Positions 43,929 to 57,312 of a stretch of 64,000 nt of DNA are shown here, in pieces. The notes under the pieces are model-generated. The model saw nothing but the letters and a program-made list of their open reading frames with translations. It searched no databases and had not been told where the DNA came from. This DNA is from Octopus sinensis. Lineage: Eukaryota. How positions within the stretch are numbered: position 1 is the first letter of the stretch; every line of letters begins with the position of its first letter. A program made the translations under genes and the position numbers. The stretch spans positions 132,990,001 through 133,054,000 of the forward strand of contig NC_043001.1 of assembly GCF_006345805.1 (NCBI RefSeq), in the 5' to 3' direction.

Positions 43929-43929
<1 letters not shown>
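43690..43929. mobile_element. Penelope-like terminal repeat with 84-bp-arm fold-back and two hammerhead-like motifs
   Basis: Palindrome 43762-43929 centred on 43845/43846 with 3 mismatches; flanked on both sides by (TA)n. Confidence 0.7.
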
Positions 43930-43986
<57 letters not shown>

Positions 43987-45285
43987 TATAATGGAGAAAG
44001 ATGCTTATTAAATAGGTATGTAACAGTTACTAAAAGAAAGCAATTATTAAAGGCTTGACCGACTGGAAATTTTTTATAAATTCATGTTCCAAGAAATTTC
44101 CTGTAATTTCGATTTCTCAAGTTTATTGAATATTTCAACTACAAGTTTTCACAAATTTAAACATTCGTTGCATTCACTGCGGTGTAGATTTTAATGTTTA
44201 ATATTAATTCGTTGCAGGTGAAATTTTCCGTTTTCATTTGCAACAATATCTCACCCTCTCTCTCACCTCTATTTTCATTAATGATAATTTAATATATATT
44301 CATTTCAATGTTTTCAGTTCAAGTTTTAATTCGCTATTTACAAAACCCACAGTTTATTCTATATATGTAATGTAATAAAATTATTTATTGAATGAATGAA
44401 TGAATGCTATTAGTCAAAATGGCTGTATAACTTTGATACGAGGCCCAAGTTCAAGAATAGTGTTTCGGAGTTTGTTAAATGAATATTTTTGATAAAATGA
44501 AAATTTTTTAATATACCGGTATAAATTTTGTTTTTAAATTACGGAGTGATTTTGTTGGTGTGCATGTTTGGAACACTATAAGCCTTACAATAATAACTAT
44601 GTGATCGCTGCACTGTAAGCGTAGAATTATCAAGTGAATTTGATACGCTATAAGTATTCAAATATCTCTATGTGATTGCTGCAATTTTTTTGCCGGTCAT
44701 CTTTCGGTTGTTGCCTCAGAAATGTCAAAATGAACAGCTGGTTTTGTTCGTTAATTTCTGTAATTTTTTAAAATTTATTTATTCTTTTTATTTATTCTTA
44801 AAGGGAATAAATTTTTATTTTTTTACTTTTGTCTTAAAGTGAAAGAGGAGAAAGTGAAAGATGTACGTGTATATGAAATGGACGTGTGTATGTTTGTGTG
44901 TGGGGGTGTGTGAGTGTATGTGTGTGTGAGAGAGTGAGTGAGTGAAGGGGTGTGTTGTCATGTATACGTGCAAACATAAATACATTTGCATATATCTTTT
45001 TTGGATGTATGTATGCGCGTGTGTGTGTGAGAGAGAGAGCGGGGGAGTGAGTGCCACTTAGACATCACTGTCTCTGTCACACACGCGCATATATACATAC
45101 AAAAAGATGTATGCATATGTATGTATATATGCACATATAGATGATAACACACCCCATCACTCACTCTCTATCTCTCACTTCTCTTTCTCTCTCTCTCTTC
45201 TCTCTCTCTCTTTCTCTCTTTCTCTTTCTTCTCTCTCTCTCTCCCTCTCTCTCTCTTTCACACACATCCATTTCATATACACGTA

Positions 45286-47069
45286 TACTCTTTTACTCTT
45301 TTACTTGTTTCAGTCATTTGACTGCGGCCATGCTGGAGCACCGCCTTTAATCGAGCAACTCGACCCCGGGACTTATTCTTTTGTAAGCCCAGTACTTATT
45401 CTATCGGTCTCTTTTGCCGAACCGCTAAGTAACGGGGACATAAACACACCAGCATCGGTTGTCAAGCAATGCTAGGGGACAAACACAGACACACAAACAC
45501 ACACACGCATATGTATATATATATACATATATACGACGGGCTTCTTTCAGTTTCCTTCTACCAAATCCACTCACAAGGCTTTGGTCGGCCCGAGGCTATA
45601 GTAGAAGACACTTGCCCAAGGTGCCACGCAGTGGGACTGAACCCGGAACCATGTGGTTGGTAGACAAGCTACTTACCACACAGCCACTCCTGCGCCTGTA
45701 TATCTCTCACTTTCTACTCTCTTTCACTTTCAAACAAAACTAAATAAATCAAAAAAATTTACAGAAATTTACGAACATTTACGCCAGTTAAAACGAAAGA
45801 TGGCCTTTTTGCACGCTAAACGTAATTGAAAACTGCGGCCCGTGTGACTTTCTGAATGGCACACTAACGGGATCTTTTCGGTTTGAACGGCAGTTTTTTC
45901 TAGCGGTGTCATATGAAATTGTCACCCATAATTATGACCCTTGTATCGATCTATTGCTCTTTACTCTCTTTTACTCTTTTACTTGTTTCAGTCATTTGAC
46001 TGCGGCCATGCTGGAGCACCGCCTTTAATCGAGCAACTCGACCCCGAGACTTATTCTTTTGTAAGCCCAGTACTTATTTTATCGGTCTCTTTTGCCGAAC
46101 CGCTAAGTAACGGGGACATAAACACACCAGCATCGGTTGTCAAGCAATGCTAGGGGACAAACACAGACACACAAACACACAAACACACACACGCATATGT
46201 ATATATATATACATATATACGACGGGCTTCTTTCAGTTTCCTTCTACCAAATCCACTCACAAGGCTTTGGTCGGCCCGAGGCTATAGTAGAAGACACTTG
46301 CCCAAGGTGCCACGCAGTGGGACTGAACCCGGAACCATGTGGTTGGTAGACAAGCTACTTACCACACAGCCACTCCTGCGCCTGTATATCTCTCACTTTC
46401 TACTCTCTTTCACTTTCAAATAAAACTAAATAAATCAAAAAAATTTACAGAAATTTACGAACATTTACGCCAGTTAAAACGAAAGATGGCCTTTTTGCAC
46501 GCTAAACGTAATTGAAAACTGCGGCCCGTGTGACTTTCTGAATGGCACACTAACGGGATCTTTTCGGTTTGAACGGCAGTTTTTTCTAGCGGTGTCATAT
46601 GAAATTGTCACCCATAATTATGACCCTTGTATCGATCTATTGCTCTTTACTCTCTTTTACTCTTTTACTTGTTTCAGTCATTTGACTGCGGCCATGCTGG
46701 AGCACCGCCTTTAATCGAGCAACTCGACCCCGAGACTTATTCTTTTGTAAGCCCAGTACTTATTTTATCGGTCTCTTTTGCCGAACCGCTAAGTAACGGG
46801 GACATAAACACACCAGCATCGGTTGTCAAGCAATGTTAGGGGGACAAATGCAGACACACAAACACACAAACACACACACGCATATATATATATATATACA
46901 TATATACGACGGGCTTCTTTCAGTTTCCGTCTACCAAATCCACTCACAAGGCTTTGGTCGGCCCGAGGCTATAGTAGAAGACACTTGCCCAAGATGCCAC
47001 GCAGTGGGACTGAACCCAGAACCATGTGGTTGGCAAACAAGCTACTTACCACACAGCCACTCCTGCGCC
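45286..47069. repeat. 686-bp tandem duplication bounded by family B SINEs
   Basis: Identical ORFs at 45941 and 46627; intervening unique sequence duplicated at offset 686. Confidence 0.9.
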
Positions 47070-47259
47070 TATTTCAATCTGTTTTAGGGTTAGGGTTAGG
47101 GTTAGGGTTAGGGGTGTATCTTACAAACTATAGAATTTTCTCAATAAAGCCAAGAGAAAAAGATGTTTTATGAACACATTCTACCAGTATACTAAGTCTA
47201 AAAGTGTTTAGTTACGTGGAAATTATTTTTAAAAACTGCCGTTCAAACCGAAAAGATCT
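46556..47259. mobile_element. Merlin-like TTAGGG-containing MITE interrupted by a SINE
   Basis: TSD CACTAACG at 46548-46555 and 47260-47267; TIR GGATCTTTTCGGTTTGAACGGCAG; (TTAGGG)n near 47086-47113; left end duplicated at 45870. Confidence 0.8.
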
Positions 47260-48781
47260 CACTAACGAAACTTTACCTTAATTTTTTTTTTACTAAAGAG
47301 ATCCACAAAATGACGAGCGTCCCGCATCTCAAAATGTTTGCCTACGCCTGATCTTTAAGGAATGAGAAATTCTGTGTGTGTGTCTATATAACTTCCTGAT
47401 TTATATCCTCAGCTCCTGGAGGTCTTCCCTCACATATGGCAATATTTGAAATCAGGGTAACCCCGGGAATGTTCATATGCTGAGTCCGCCGGCACAAATT
47501 CGGCTCAAATTCGGGCCACCCTATAACACTTTTAATTCTTACGACCAGTAAAATACGAAAAGGTTTTTTTCCTCAACCAACTTAATATATATTTCTTTAC
47601 TATCCACAAGGGGCTAAACACATAGGAGACAAACAAGGACAGACAAACGGTTTAAGTCGATTACATCAACCCCAGTGCGTAACTGGTACTTAATTTATCG
47701 ACCCCGAAAGGATGAAAGGCAAAGTTGACCTCGGCGGAATTTGAACTCAGAACGTAGCGGCAGACGAAATACGGCTACGCATTTCGCCCGGTGTGCTAAC
47801 GTTTCTGCCAGCTCGCCCCTTAATATATACACACACAAACAGTTTTTATAAATCAAATTAGCATTCACAAAGAAATAATATTTGTTTCATTAAAACTACA
47901 TTAGAGATGTTAGCAAAACAAGATTGAAAATTAGGAGAAACGGTATAATGGTTGCGGATCGTGGGAATCAAAAGCTAGAATACCAAAAATCAGTGGAGAT
48001 CCCATGAAGTTTTGACTCAGCACGATCGGATGAAGTTTTACACTGGACAAATCGCTAAGAATCAGCGGTACTAAAACTCCAGAATATCAGATCAAGTTTT
48101 TGCTCAATAAATGTTCACAGGCGCAGGAGTGGCTGTGTGGTAAGTAGCTTGCTAACCAACCACATGGTTTCGGGTTCAGTCCCACTGCGTGGCATCTTGG
48201 GCAAGTGTCTTCTGCTACAGCCCCGGGCCGACCAATGCCTTGTGAGTGGATTTGGTAGACGGAAACTGAAAGAAGCCTGTCGTATATATGTATATGTGTG
48301 TTTGTGTTTGTTCACCCAATATCGCTTGACAACCGATGCTGGTGTGTTTACGTCCCCGTCACTTAGCGGTTCGGCAAAAGAGACCGATAGAATAAGTACT
48401 GGGCTTACAAAGAATAAGTCCCGGGGTCGATTTGCTCGACTAAAGGCGGTGCTCCAGCATGGCCGCAGTCAAATGACTGAAACAAGTAAAAGAGTAAAAG
48501 AGTAAAAAAAGAGTAAAGGAGAATTTTATTTATGCAAATGAAGAGTTATTGATGTTACCTTATGCATTCATTTTTATAGGTACTTCAATTGTATGTCCTT
48601 ACTTTCAGACCGAAACTTCAACGGTCTTCCGCAGGAGTTGTAATCAAAGTCCGTTCGGAGGGCGGCTAAAAAGAGGACTTCGTACATACATGCATACATA
48701 CATACATACATACATACATTATTTCAATGAAGAATCCTTGAATCTAGGTTAGAAACCGGCTCTTTCTCTATTGGCAAGAGA

Positions 48782-49165
48782 TCTCTCTCTATATAAACGG
48801 CAGTTTGTCTGTGCGTGTTTCTGTGTGTCTGTTTGCTTGTACCCTCACTCTGACCACGGCTTTCAACCGATTCTGATGAAACTTGACACACACATAGCCC
48901 AATGTCATAATTCAAAACTAACGCAGCGAAAATTTTGAAAAGTTCCCCCAGTTCTGAAAAAAATCGATAAATTCGACATGGGGTCGAGAATCAGAAACAC
49001 AAACCGCAAACTGTCTAGGGGACACAACTCCACCTTTTTTTACTCTCAAAAAAAATTTACCATAATTTTTTTCCATTTTTTTGCTATTTTTTGCCTATAA
49101 CTCTCTAAAAATGCTTTATAGTTATTTCCCTTACAAACCTGAGCAACACCGGGCGATACTGCTAG
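48782..49165 (+). mobile_element. Non-autonomous Helitron-like element
   Basis: a|TC...subterminal hairpin...CTAG|t. 62149-62539(+) shares the 3' end; 63667-64000(-) shares internal sequence and runs off the window. Confidence 0.75.
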
Positions 49166-49536
49166 TCTTAAATAAAACTGAATAATCACACACACACACA
49201 CACACACACACATACATACATACATACATTTTCTTTATTAGCGACCGGTTTGAACTCTCCTAAGAAGAACCTCAATAAAACTCAAAGAAAAATCATACAT
49301 ATATTCCAGTAAACATACATATATTCCAATAACTCGGTGCAAAAACAACCGGCTTAAATATTGTTCCCTTGAACAAGGAACGAAGTCATGCACCGTTATA
49401 GAGGTCTGCTGCCTATGGATATGAACACGTCATCAAAAAATCAAGGAAAAAGAGAACAACCATGATAAACCAATGTGGAACATACAGCTCTTGTACTCTG
49501 GCAATACATTTTAATTTCTACCTATGAATATCGATG

Positions 49537-49816
49537 CGATATAGTGTATATTTAAACACATAAGGAATCCACTTGTAGGGAATTCAACACGCTAGAAAGA
49601 ACAGCTAGGTTCTGTAAACTACAAAAATAACGGATAAAATTCGACAGGAATAAATTTGAAAATGAAAAACATTTACCATCTAGTACCCTGTTTCCAAATT
49701 TATTCCTGTCGAATTTTATCCGTTATTTTTGTGGTTTACAGACCCTAGCTGTTCTTTCTAGTGTGTTGAATTCCCTACAAGTGGATTCCTTATGTGTTTA
49801 AATATACACTAAATCG
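49537..49816. mobile_element. MITE with ~105-bp TIRs
   Basis: tagtgtatatttaaacacataaggaatccacttgtaggg... with its reverse complement at the right end. Confidence 0.75.
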
Positions 49817-50390
49817 TATGACTAATATATATAGTCTTCTTGACTAATTTTTTTCTTTTGCACGTTAGACCACTGGAAATGTAAATTTTGATTGAATGTT
49901 TTAATTTTAATTAAATTCCATTTCCCTTTGACATGACATGAATATCGATGTGTTAGACTATGGAACTACGGGTTTACACAAAAACTAGAAATGCAAGGAT
50001 TTCCTAAGAAGCAACAAAAGAAACTGCTTCGCATCATCCAAATCCAATCTATCAGCGGCACAGTAAAAGTTTGTAAGTCATTCAAGAGATTCCTCATTTG
50101 AGATTCATTAAATGAATATATACACATACGTGGTTGTGTGCATCTAATAAAGACACATGTAAAAGTATTCATACACACACACAAACACATACACACACAA
50201 ATATCTAAGTACTAAAGAGACATGTTCACACAGAACGTAAGTACAGTTGCATACACTTACATATGCACACATTAACTCAACCACATGTTTACAAAGCCAG
50301 GAACTCAAAAAGCCTTGTCGCTTTGTTAGCGAACGGCTTGGACTCCTTTAAGAAATACTTGAATAAATCTTAAAAGGTATCATACATACA

Positions 50391-51256
50391 TGCGAGGTGG
50401 TTTCAATAAGTCCCAGGACTAGTTATATTTAATTTTTTTTTTAAATAACTTATTTGCCTACGTTTCAACAACATCTCCTTCGAAATAGTCACCTTGTGCA
50501 GCAATACACCGGTCCCAGCGTTCCTACCACCTTTGGAATCCGACCTGGGAGTCCCTTTCCGTAAGCGAGTCAATGACCTTCTGCGATTCGCTCTTGATAT
50601 CTCGACGGTGGTGTTGAAACGGATATCTTTGAGCTGCATTTTCCTGTTGGGGAAGAGATGGAATTCTGCAGGTGCTAAATCTGTCGAACATATTGTGAAG
50701 AGAACTCGGTGACAGGGTGCATTGTCATCGTGAAAGAATCCAATCGTTCGCATGTCACAGATGTCCTCTCTCAGACGCTTCAAAACGTTGTTGATTGTCC
50801 TCTGACGATCGTCATGCAGAAGCTGGTAAATTTTCTCAACATTTCCGGAGATGACGCTCGTGGCAGGTCGTCTAGATCGCTCATCGTCTTCCGGGGAGAC
50901 GTTCTTCCGCTTTTGAAGCACCTGTGTCACTCGAAACTTTGCTTGCGACCCATCGCCTCGTTGTCGTAAGTTTGCCGAAGCATGCTCAATGTCTCTGTAG
51001 CAGACGTACCCAGTTTAACACAAAATTTCACGTTGGCTCTTTGTTCCGACTTCTTGTCCACGAGAAAAATGGCAGACAGCATAAACGGGATCACAAAAAC
51101 GCCAAATTTCACAATTTGCGAAGTAAACACAGCGATGTCATTCGGTACACTGCCTCATGAAGGTCACTGCTAGCTCTCACAGCGCTTGCAACTGTAAACT
51201 GCCATTCGTTGGCGCGCTACAGAACTAGTCTGGGAATTTTTTGATATCACCTCGTA
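50391..51256 (-). mobile_element. Internally deleted mariner transposon
   Basis: ~34-bp imperfect TIRs; EQRANVKFCVKLGTSATETLSML, EDDERSRRP, HDDNAPCH, DLAPAEFHLFP motifs (frameshifted). Confidence 0.88.
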
Positions 51257-51328
51257 CATACATACATACATACATAAGTATACATACATACATACATACA
51301 TATATGCATACAAAATACCTGCATGCAT

Positions 51329-51409
<81 letters not shown>

Positions 51410-51600
51410 CGGAAAGCTTTATGAAAATAAACAAAAGACGAAGGCAGGTGGAGTACAAACAAACAAATGTATTAGTATGGCGCTCAGGAATATAAATAAA
51501 ACAAGTCTTTTACGTTTCGAGCCTACGCTCTTCAACAGAAAGATACACAGAAAAAAAACAAGGAGAGAAACAAGGAGAGAAAAAAAATGCGTGTAGAGGC
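51410..51600 (-). mobile_element. Penelope-like terminal repeat with hammerhead-like motif (51506-51543)
   Basis: Minus strand TCTTT-CTGTTGA-A-GAGC-gtag-GCTC-GAAAC-GTA-AAAGA; adjacent to (TA)n. Confidence 0.6.
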
Positions 51601-52071
51601 TAGCGAATCAACATGGCGATGTACTTTACTTGTACTTGTGACGGCGTTCACCCAGGGCGGGTTGAGCCGGCTTCTTCTCTGGACCTGGCGGCATAGAAGA
51701 AGTTTCGTGGAAATATTGAATTCACAAGCGGTCTCCGAGATTCCGCATGCATATCCCGAGTGACGGGACGCCCTGTTTGCTACGGAGTCTCCACAGACGC
51801 AGGGACAGAACGACCTCGAAGCCACCGGTTGCCGATCAGACGCCTCTTGGAATTTTCATCAGAGCCCCGTAGGCCAGGCTGCGGCCCTAATACCGATCGG
51901 TGCCAGACCAATCCGCCTTGGGTGGCGCTACCAGGAACCGAAGTTCCCGACGGCATAGCTCTGACACTGCCCGTTTACACCACCCTACCGCTTTGAGGAG
52001 GGGTTGGACTTTAGGGTTGGATATATATTTATATATATATGAATGTATGCATACATACATACATAAATACA

Positions 52072-53429
52072 CCAGACTTAGGAAAATATGGCAGTCGGAA
52101 CTTTCTTCGTACAACAAAACAATATCCCACAATACATTTGCAGTACCAGTGCTGATCCCATCATTTGGGATACTTGATTGGTCTGTAGAGGAAATCCACT
52201 CCATAGATATCAAATCTGCAAAATCCTGACAACAACTGGGAACTTCCACGGAAACAGTGATGCTGACAGGCTGTACCTGAAAAGAAATGAAGGTGGTAGA
52301 GACCTGAGATCAGTGCAGACGGCCTTCGAATGCCGTATGATATCATTCAGGAAGTACCTGCTAAACAACAGCCGCAAAAATAAATATATTAATGCAGTCC
52401 TGATAAGTGAAGTGAGCAACATTGTACGAGTTGGCAGTGAATTGCTCAAGAAGCACTTTCTTCCTGATGATCTCCTAAAAAGAGTTGAGCTCTCTTACCT
52501 CAGAGAAGACTTGGATGGAAAACACTCAGCATACAAAAGCAGACCATGCATGGGTATGTTGCCCGGAACCTTGAAGAAGACAGTAGAACTGAAACGAAGC
52601 GCAGCCTTCTTGGACACAAGACTACTACATTACATCTCACTTTGAAGGCTATGCGTTTGCAATCCAGGAATTGGAGATAGCCACAAAGTACCTGGTGAAC
52701 ATAAGAGACTAACTCTCTGGTAATCCCAAGGTGCAACTCTATGTATAGGCTATGTCGTGTTTCCGTGGAAGATATTACGCATGTGATTAGCAGCTGTCCT
52801 AAAATGTCGTCAAGGTACTACCTCCCAATGCGGTACGATGTTGTTGCTAAAACAATTTACAATGCCATCCGCAAAAAAGACTGCCCTGAAATAAACGTAG
52901 AAAATCCCTCTGTTATGGAATACATTCATAAACACCAACTCAAGGAATACTGGTGGAATATTCCCATGAAAACTTCTGTCAAATGGAAGCATAACAGGCC
53001 GGATATTGTTGTTTGGAACAGAGGGGTAAAGGTATGTACCATCATAGAGGTTAGCTGCCCTGCAGATATATTTCTTTGAAAATCAAAGAAAAAGAGAATT
53101 GTGGACAACTGCTTCGAAATCTCCAGCTTCTATATCCAGACTATGAATTCATATTCATGCCAATTATAATTGGAGCACTAGGTTTTGTTAGTAAATGCTT
53201 AAAGGAGAATCTGGATAAACTGGGATTTTCAGAAAGAGAAATTGACCGTCTGATTCATACATTACAAGTTCAATGTGTGAGTGGAACAGCAAAAATATGC
53301 AAGACTTTTCACAAGTTCCAAATGTGAATTTGTCGGTGCTAACTACATCCCAATGATGGGGCCTTGTATCTTTGTTGGAAAACGGCTCCCTCCTCAGTGT
53401 AAGACTTATAATAATTAAAAAATAGAGAG
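52072..53429 (+). mobile_element. 5'-truncated R4/Dong-clade LINE (late RT, CCHC finger, restriction-like endonuclease)
   Basis: FAVPVLIPSFG, RLYLKRNEGGR, CRLC..EDITHVISSC, RYDVV, NRPDIVV, IIEVSCP, IIIGALG; several frameshifts. Confidence 0.9.
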
Positions 53430-53644
53430 ACATACATACATACATACATACATACATACATACATACATACATACATACACACATACATACATACATACA
53501 TACACACATACATACATACATACATACATACATACATACATACATACATACACACCCACATACATACATACATACATACATACATACATACATACATACA
53601 TACATACATACATACATACATACATACATACATACATACATACA

Positions 53645-53678
<34 letters not shown>

Positions 53679-53706
53679 CATACATACATACAAACATACA
53701 TACATA
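53430..53706. repeat. (CATA)n microsatellite, ~277 bp
   Basis: Direct reading; other (CATA)n tracts at 48686-48719, 51255-51310, 59285-59366, 59966-60012. Confidence 0.95.
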
Positions 53707-54120
53707 CGATGAAGTGATGCGGAACTTACAGCTCTTGTACCCTGACTATAAATTTTCCTTTGTACCTATCATCATAGGTGCATAACATACGTATCTACAG
53801 AATTTCACAAAACCCTAGAAATACTAGGCTTTTTTTGAAGAAAGAGGAAAAGATGCGCATTCCCCAAATTTAATTTATAAACGGCACAGTGAGAATTTCT
53901 GAGACATTCTAAAAATTCTCAGTCTGAAATTCTTCAGATGAATAGGATGAATAGATGCACACACCTGGTTGTATGCATCGACCGTTCAACAAACACACCT
54001 ACCCAACCACAGATTTACAAACACCGGAAATTCTCTTAACTCAAAAAATCTTGTCCCTTTGTTAACGACCGACTTGAATTCTCTTAAGAAGAACTTTAAC
54101 AAAATTCAAAGAAATACATA
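53707..54120 (+). mobile_element. Degenerate R4/Dong 3' fragment
   Basis: YDEVMRNLQLLYPDYKFSFVPIIIGA directly after the (CATA)n tract. Confidence 0.75.
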
Positions 54121-54477
54121 AATATATACATATGTATTTTATTAAAGTTTCTAGATGAAACTTATGACTCCAGTTTTGAGGAATTCCTTGTTCTCTACTA
54201 TTTTTTTCTACTTCTTTAACCGTATCTATGTACCCATCTTTACTTCTCTCTCTCTCTCTCTCTCTTTCTCTCTTCCTCTCTTCCTTTCTCTTCGTCTCTC
54301 TCTTTCTCTCTTTGTCTCTCTCTTCCCCGATGTAGAGCGACTAACATATTAGAGTATTTTGTTTAACTTTTCTATTTTCCTTTCTTTATTTCTTGGGTTT
54401 TTTTCCTTATTTCCGTCTTTCATAAAATGGTAATTGGTTCTGACGCACTAATGTATATACGCATACACACACGCACG

Positions 54478-54559
<82 letters not shown>

Positions 54560-56249
54560 TTCACACACATATGTGTAAGCATACATACATGTATACATAA
54601 ATGCATAAACATATATATCACGTTATATATATATATATATTATATACACATGTACATTTAGGATCTTAATTAGTCGACGCCGTGCCAACCACTGAAGAAT
54701 GTTGTCTCCAGCTTTATCTAATTGAGTGATAGTCCACGATTCCTTTAGGATTGATTCGCCCCTTTGCTTCTTTTTACTACTTATCTCCCCCTTAATTTTT
54801 ATTTACTTTCTTTAACCAAACTGAACAATTACTACACACACACACGCACACACACATGCTATACACACACACACACAATGTATAGAAGTGCATATATGCG
54901 TGTGTATGAATATGTGCACATAAGTGCGCGTTTCATATCTATATGTTTGTTCATGTGTTTGATGGGAGTAAGGCAAACTCATTCAAAGTATACGTCACTT
55001 TAAAATGTCTCTCGACAGTTCTCAATGAGAAAACTGCCGGCTATTTAGTCTGAAGCATGTAAACCTTTAATGAAACTAGCAACTTATTTAAAATATATAT
55101 ATATATATATATATATTCGCATATTTTTTTTTACATAAGTTTTTTCTTCCCAGCTTACAGTTTAAACTGAGTCGACTTTTGACTAATTACTACCACATAA
55201 TGTCGCCATGAGTGAATTGGACAACTGAAGTTGTAACATTATAAGTAAAATTACATAGACAATAAATGAAGCAAGCGAAGGTAATATATGTAATATATGT
55301 CAGGTGAGAAAGGTGAACCTAATAGATGTTTCCTTCGAAATAATGTTTGTTGCTTAATATAAGCAGCTAATGTCAGAAGCTAAGATTTTGCACAGGTAAA
55401 AAGCTATGTTAGGTGACAATGCTATTGTTGAGTTGGTTTATTTTTAATCATTGTCCATAGTGTGGTTGTTACTCAATAGGGTTGCTTCCCAGCAATTGTT
55501 CTTGCCATGAGAGAAAAATAAAGAGACTCTCTCTCTCAGTAGCTTCCTTTCTCTTTCTCACTCTTTCTCTCTCTCTCTGTCTCACTTCACACCTTCCCGT
55601 CTTCTCTCCCTCTTCTCTCTCTCTTTCTCTCTCACACACGCACGCACGCACGCACGCACATGCTTAAGTACAAAGCAGTAACCAACACACTCATAAGAAC
55701 ACCTACTCTCATACACTGCCACCTGCACGTTTCCGCGGCCACTTTTCCACAGACAGCGATTTATACATACAGACACAAATACATACATACATGCATACAT
55801 ACATATTAACATAAAACTTACTTGGGAAAAGATGCGTGGCGTTCGATCATATAATAACATAAATAATATATAAATATATGCATATATACATACATATATG
55901 TACATACCTACATCTCTATGTATATATACATGCATATATGGGTACAGGACATCACAAAAGCGTTGAACACAATGAGAAACGAAAACATAAAAACAAAAAC
56001 ATGGGAACGAACTTTTTTTCAAACAACGTAAAAACAGAGTACAAGACGTACAACACAAGGAATATTCCCCTTCTTCAGTTGTCCCTGTTTCGTCTACTCC
56101 GCGTTTCGAATGTAAGGACAAGATGCGACTTCGTTGAAACAGTCTTTCCCGCAAAGCAAATTAAATAAAATTTGGGATTTTTTGCGGAGGGTTAAAAAGT
56201 GGTACATACATACATGTCAGCATGGATGTATGTGTGTATAGATAAATAG

Positions 56250-57312
56250 GTATGTTTCTTTATTAGCCACACAGGGCTGCACACAGACGGGACAGATTAC
56301 AAAGTAGAGCTTTTCTTTTTTGGGGAAAGAAAAAAAAGTTGGTGTAGGTTTTCGATCAAAAGGGATCGTAAAAGGGAAAGAAGAAGAAGAAAAAAAGGGA
56401 AAAGAAACAAAAAAAAACGATCAATAGGGATCATGTATCACAGTGTCATGATGTAAGGTGTAAAGGGGGAAGCAGATAAGGTTTATCCGTGGGAAGAAAA
56501 GCCTACGGAAAAGACCACGGTAACCTCGATCAATATTGTTACATGTTACCATATTTATTTGCAAGTAGGTAACCCTCTGTTTTAAATTACCGCGTTCATA
56601 GGATTATGCTCAAGGTGGCTTCGTCATTCATACGTGCCATCCTCGCTACATTCACACATCTTTTTTTTAAACATTCGCTAGACAAAATTTGCCTCTCTAC
56701 TCTCACTCTCCTTTTCAAGTGATACTTGAAGAAGTTGATGAGAGATTGACCAGAGAGGAAAGTGTTTGTCTCCAATCCTTTCAGACGCGTCCACCAGATA
56801 CATTCTTTCGCCATAACCACAAGGCTGATGAAAATAGCTCTTCCTTTTCGTTTGAAGGAAGGAGGCGTGACAATATTGACGATAGACTCGGCTGATAAAC
56901 CGACTCGTCCCACACGTGACAGCAGTTGTTCGACATAAGCCCACGGGTCGGAAATTGTTGGACACTGCACGAGTGCGTGCAGAACGGTTTCGTCGCTCTG
57001 ACCGCATCTTGGGCAGGTCGGCCCCGTGTTTCTTGAGCCGTGTCTGTAGAGCTTATCCCGAACGGGTAGCGCTTCTCGGTAGCACTGCCAGGCCAGGGAT
57101 CTCTGGAAGTTGTCCATGGGCCCTGGCCCGAAAGTCGTCCTGAACAGGCGGGTCAGGTATTCCTCGTCGACGTCCAGGTTCGCCCCGAGCTCGTCGTCGT
57201 ACCTCCCCTCCACTAATCCCATATAGAATGCTTGGGTTGTGTTGAAGTCACTCAAGGTCGGCCCGGGACGGCATAGTTGCTTGAGAGAAACGCGACACTC
57301 GCGGTAGGCCCA
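56250..57312 (-). mobile_element. 5'-truncated Tx1/L1-type LINE 3' end with zinc finger (open ORF 56596-57255) and 3' UTR
   Basis: AWQCYREALPVRDKL...TCPRCGQSDETVLHALVQC (zf-RVT-like); A-rich 3' UTR ending near AATAAA. Confidence 0.85.

Noticed and set aside
47086-47113. (TTAGGG)n as a telomere or fusion scar
   Set aside because: Only a few units, internal to a TIR element with TSDs.
53188-53705. Long MYVC-repeat ORFs (also 59054-59449)
   Set aside because: Translations of (TACA)n microsatellite.
56060-56150. CTGAAGA and GAAAC motifs on the minus strand as a hammerhead
   Set aside because: Motif order and stems do not fit type I, II or III topology.
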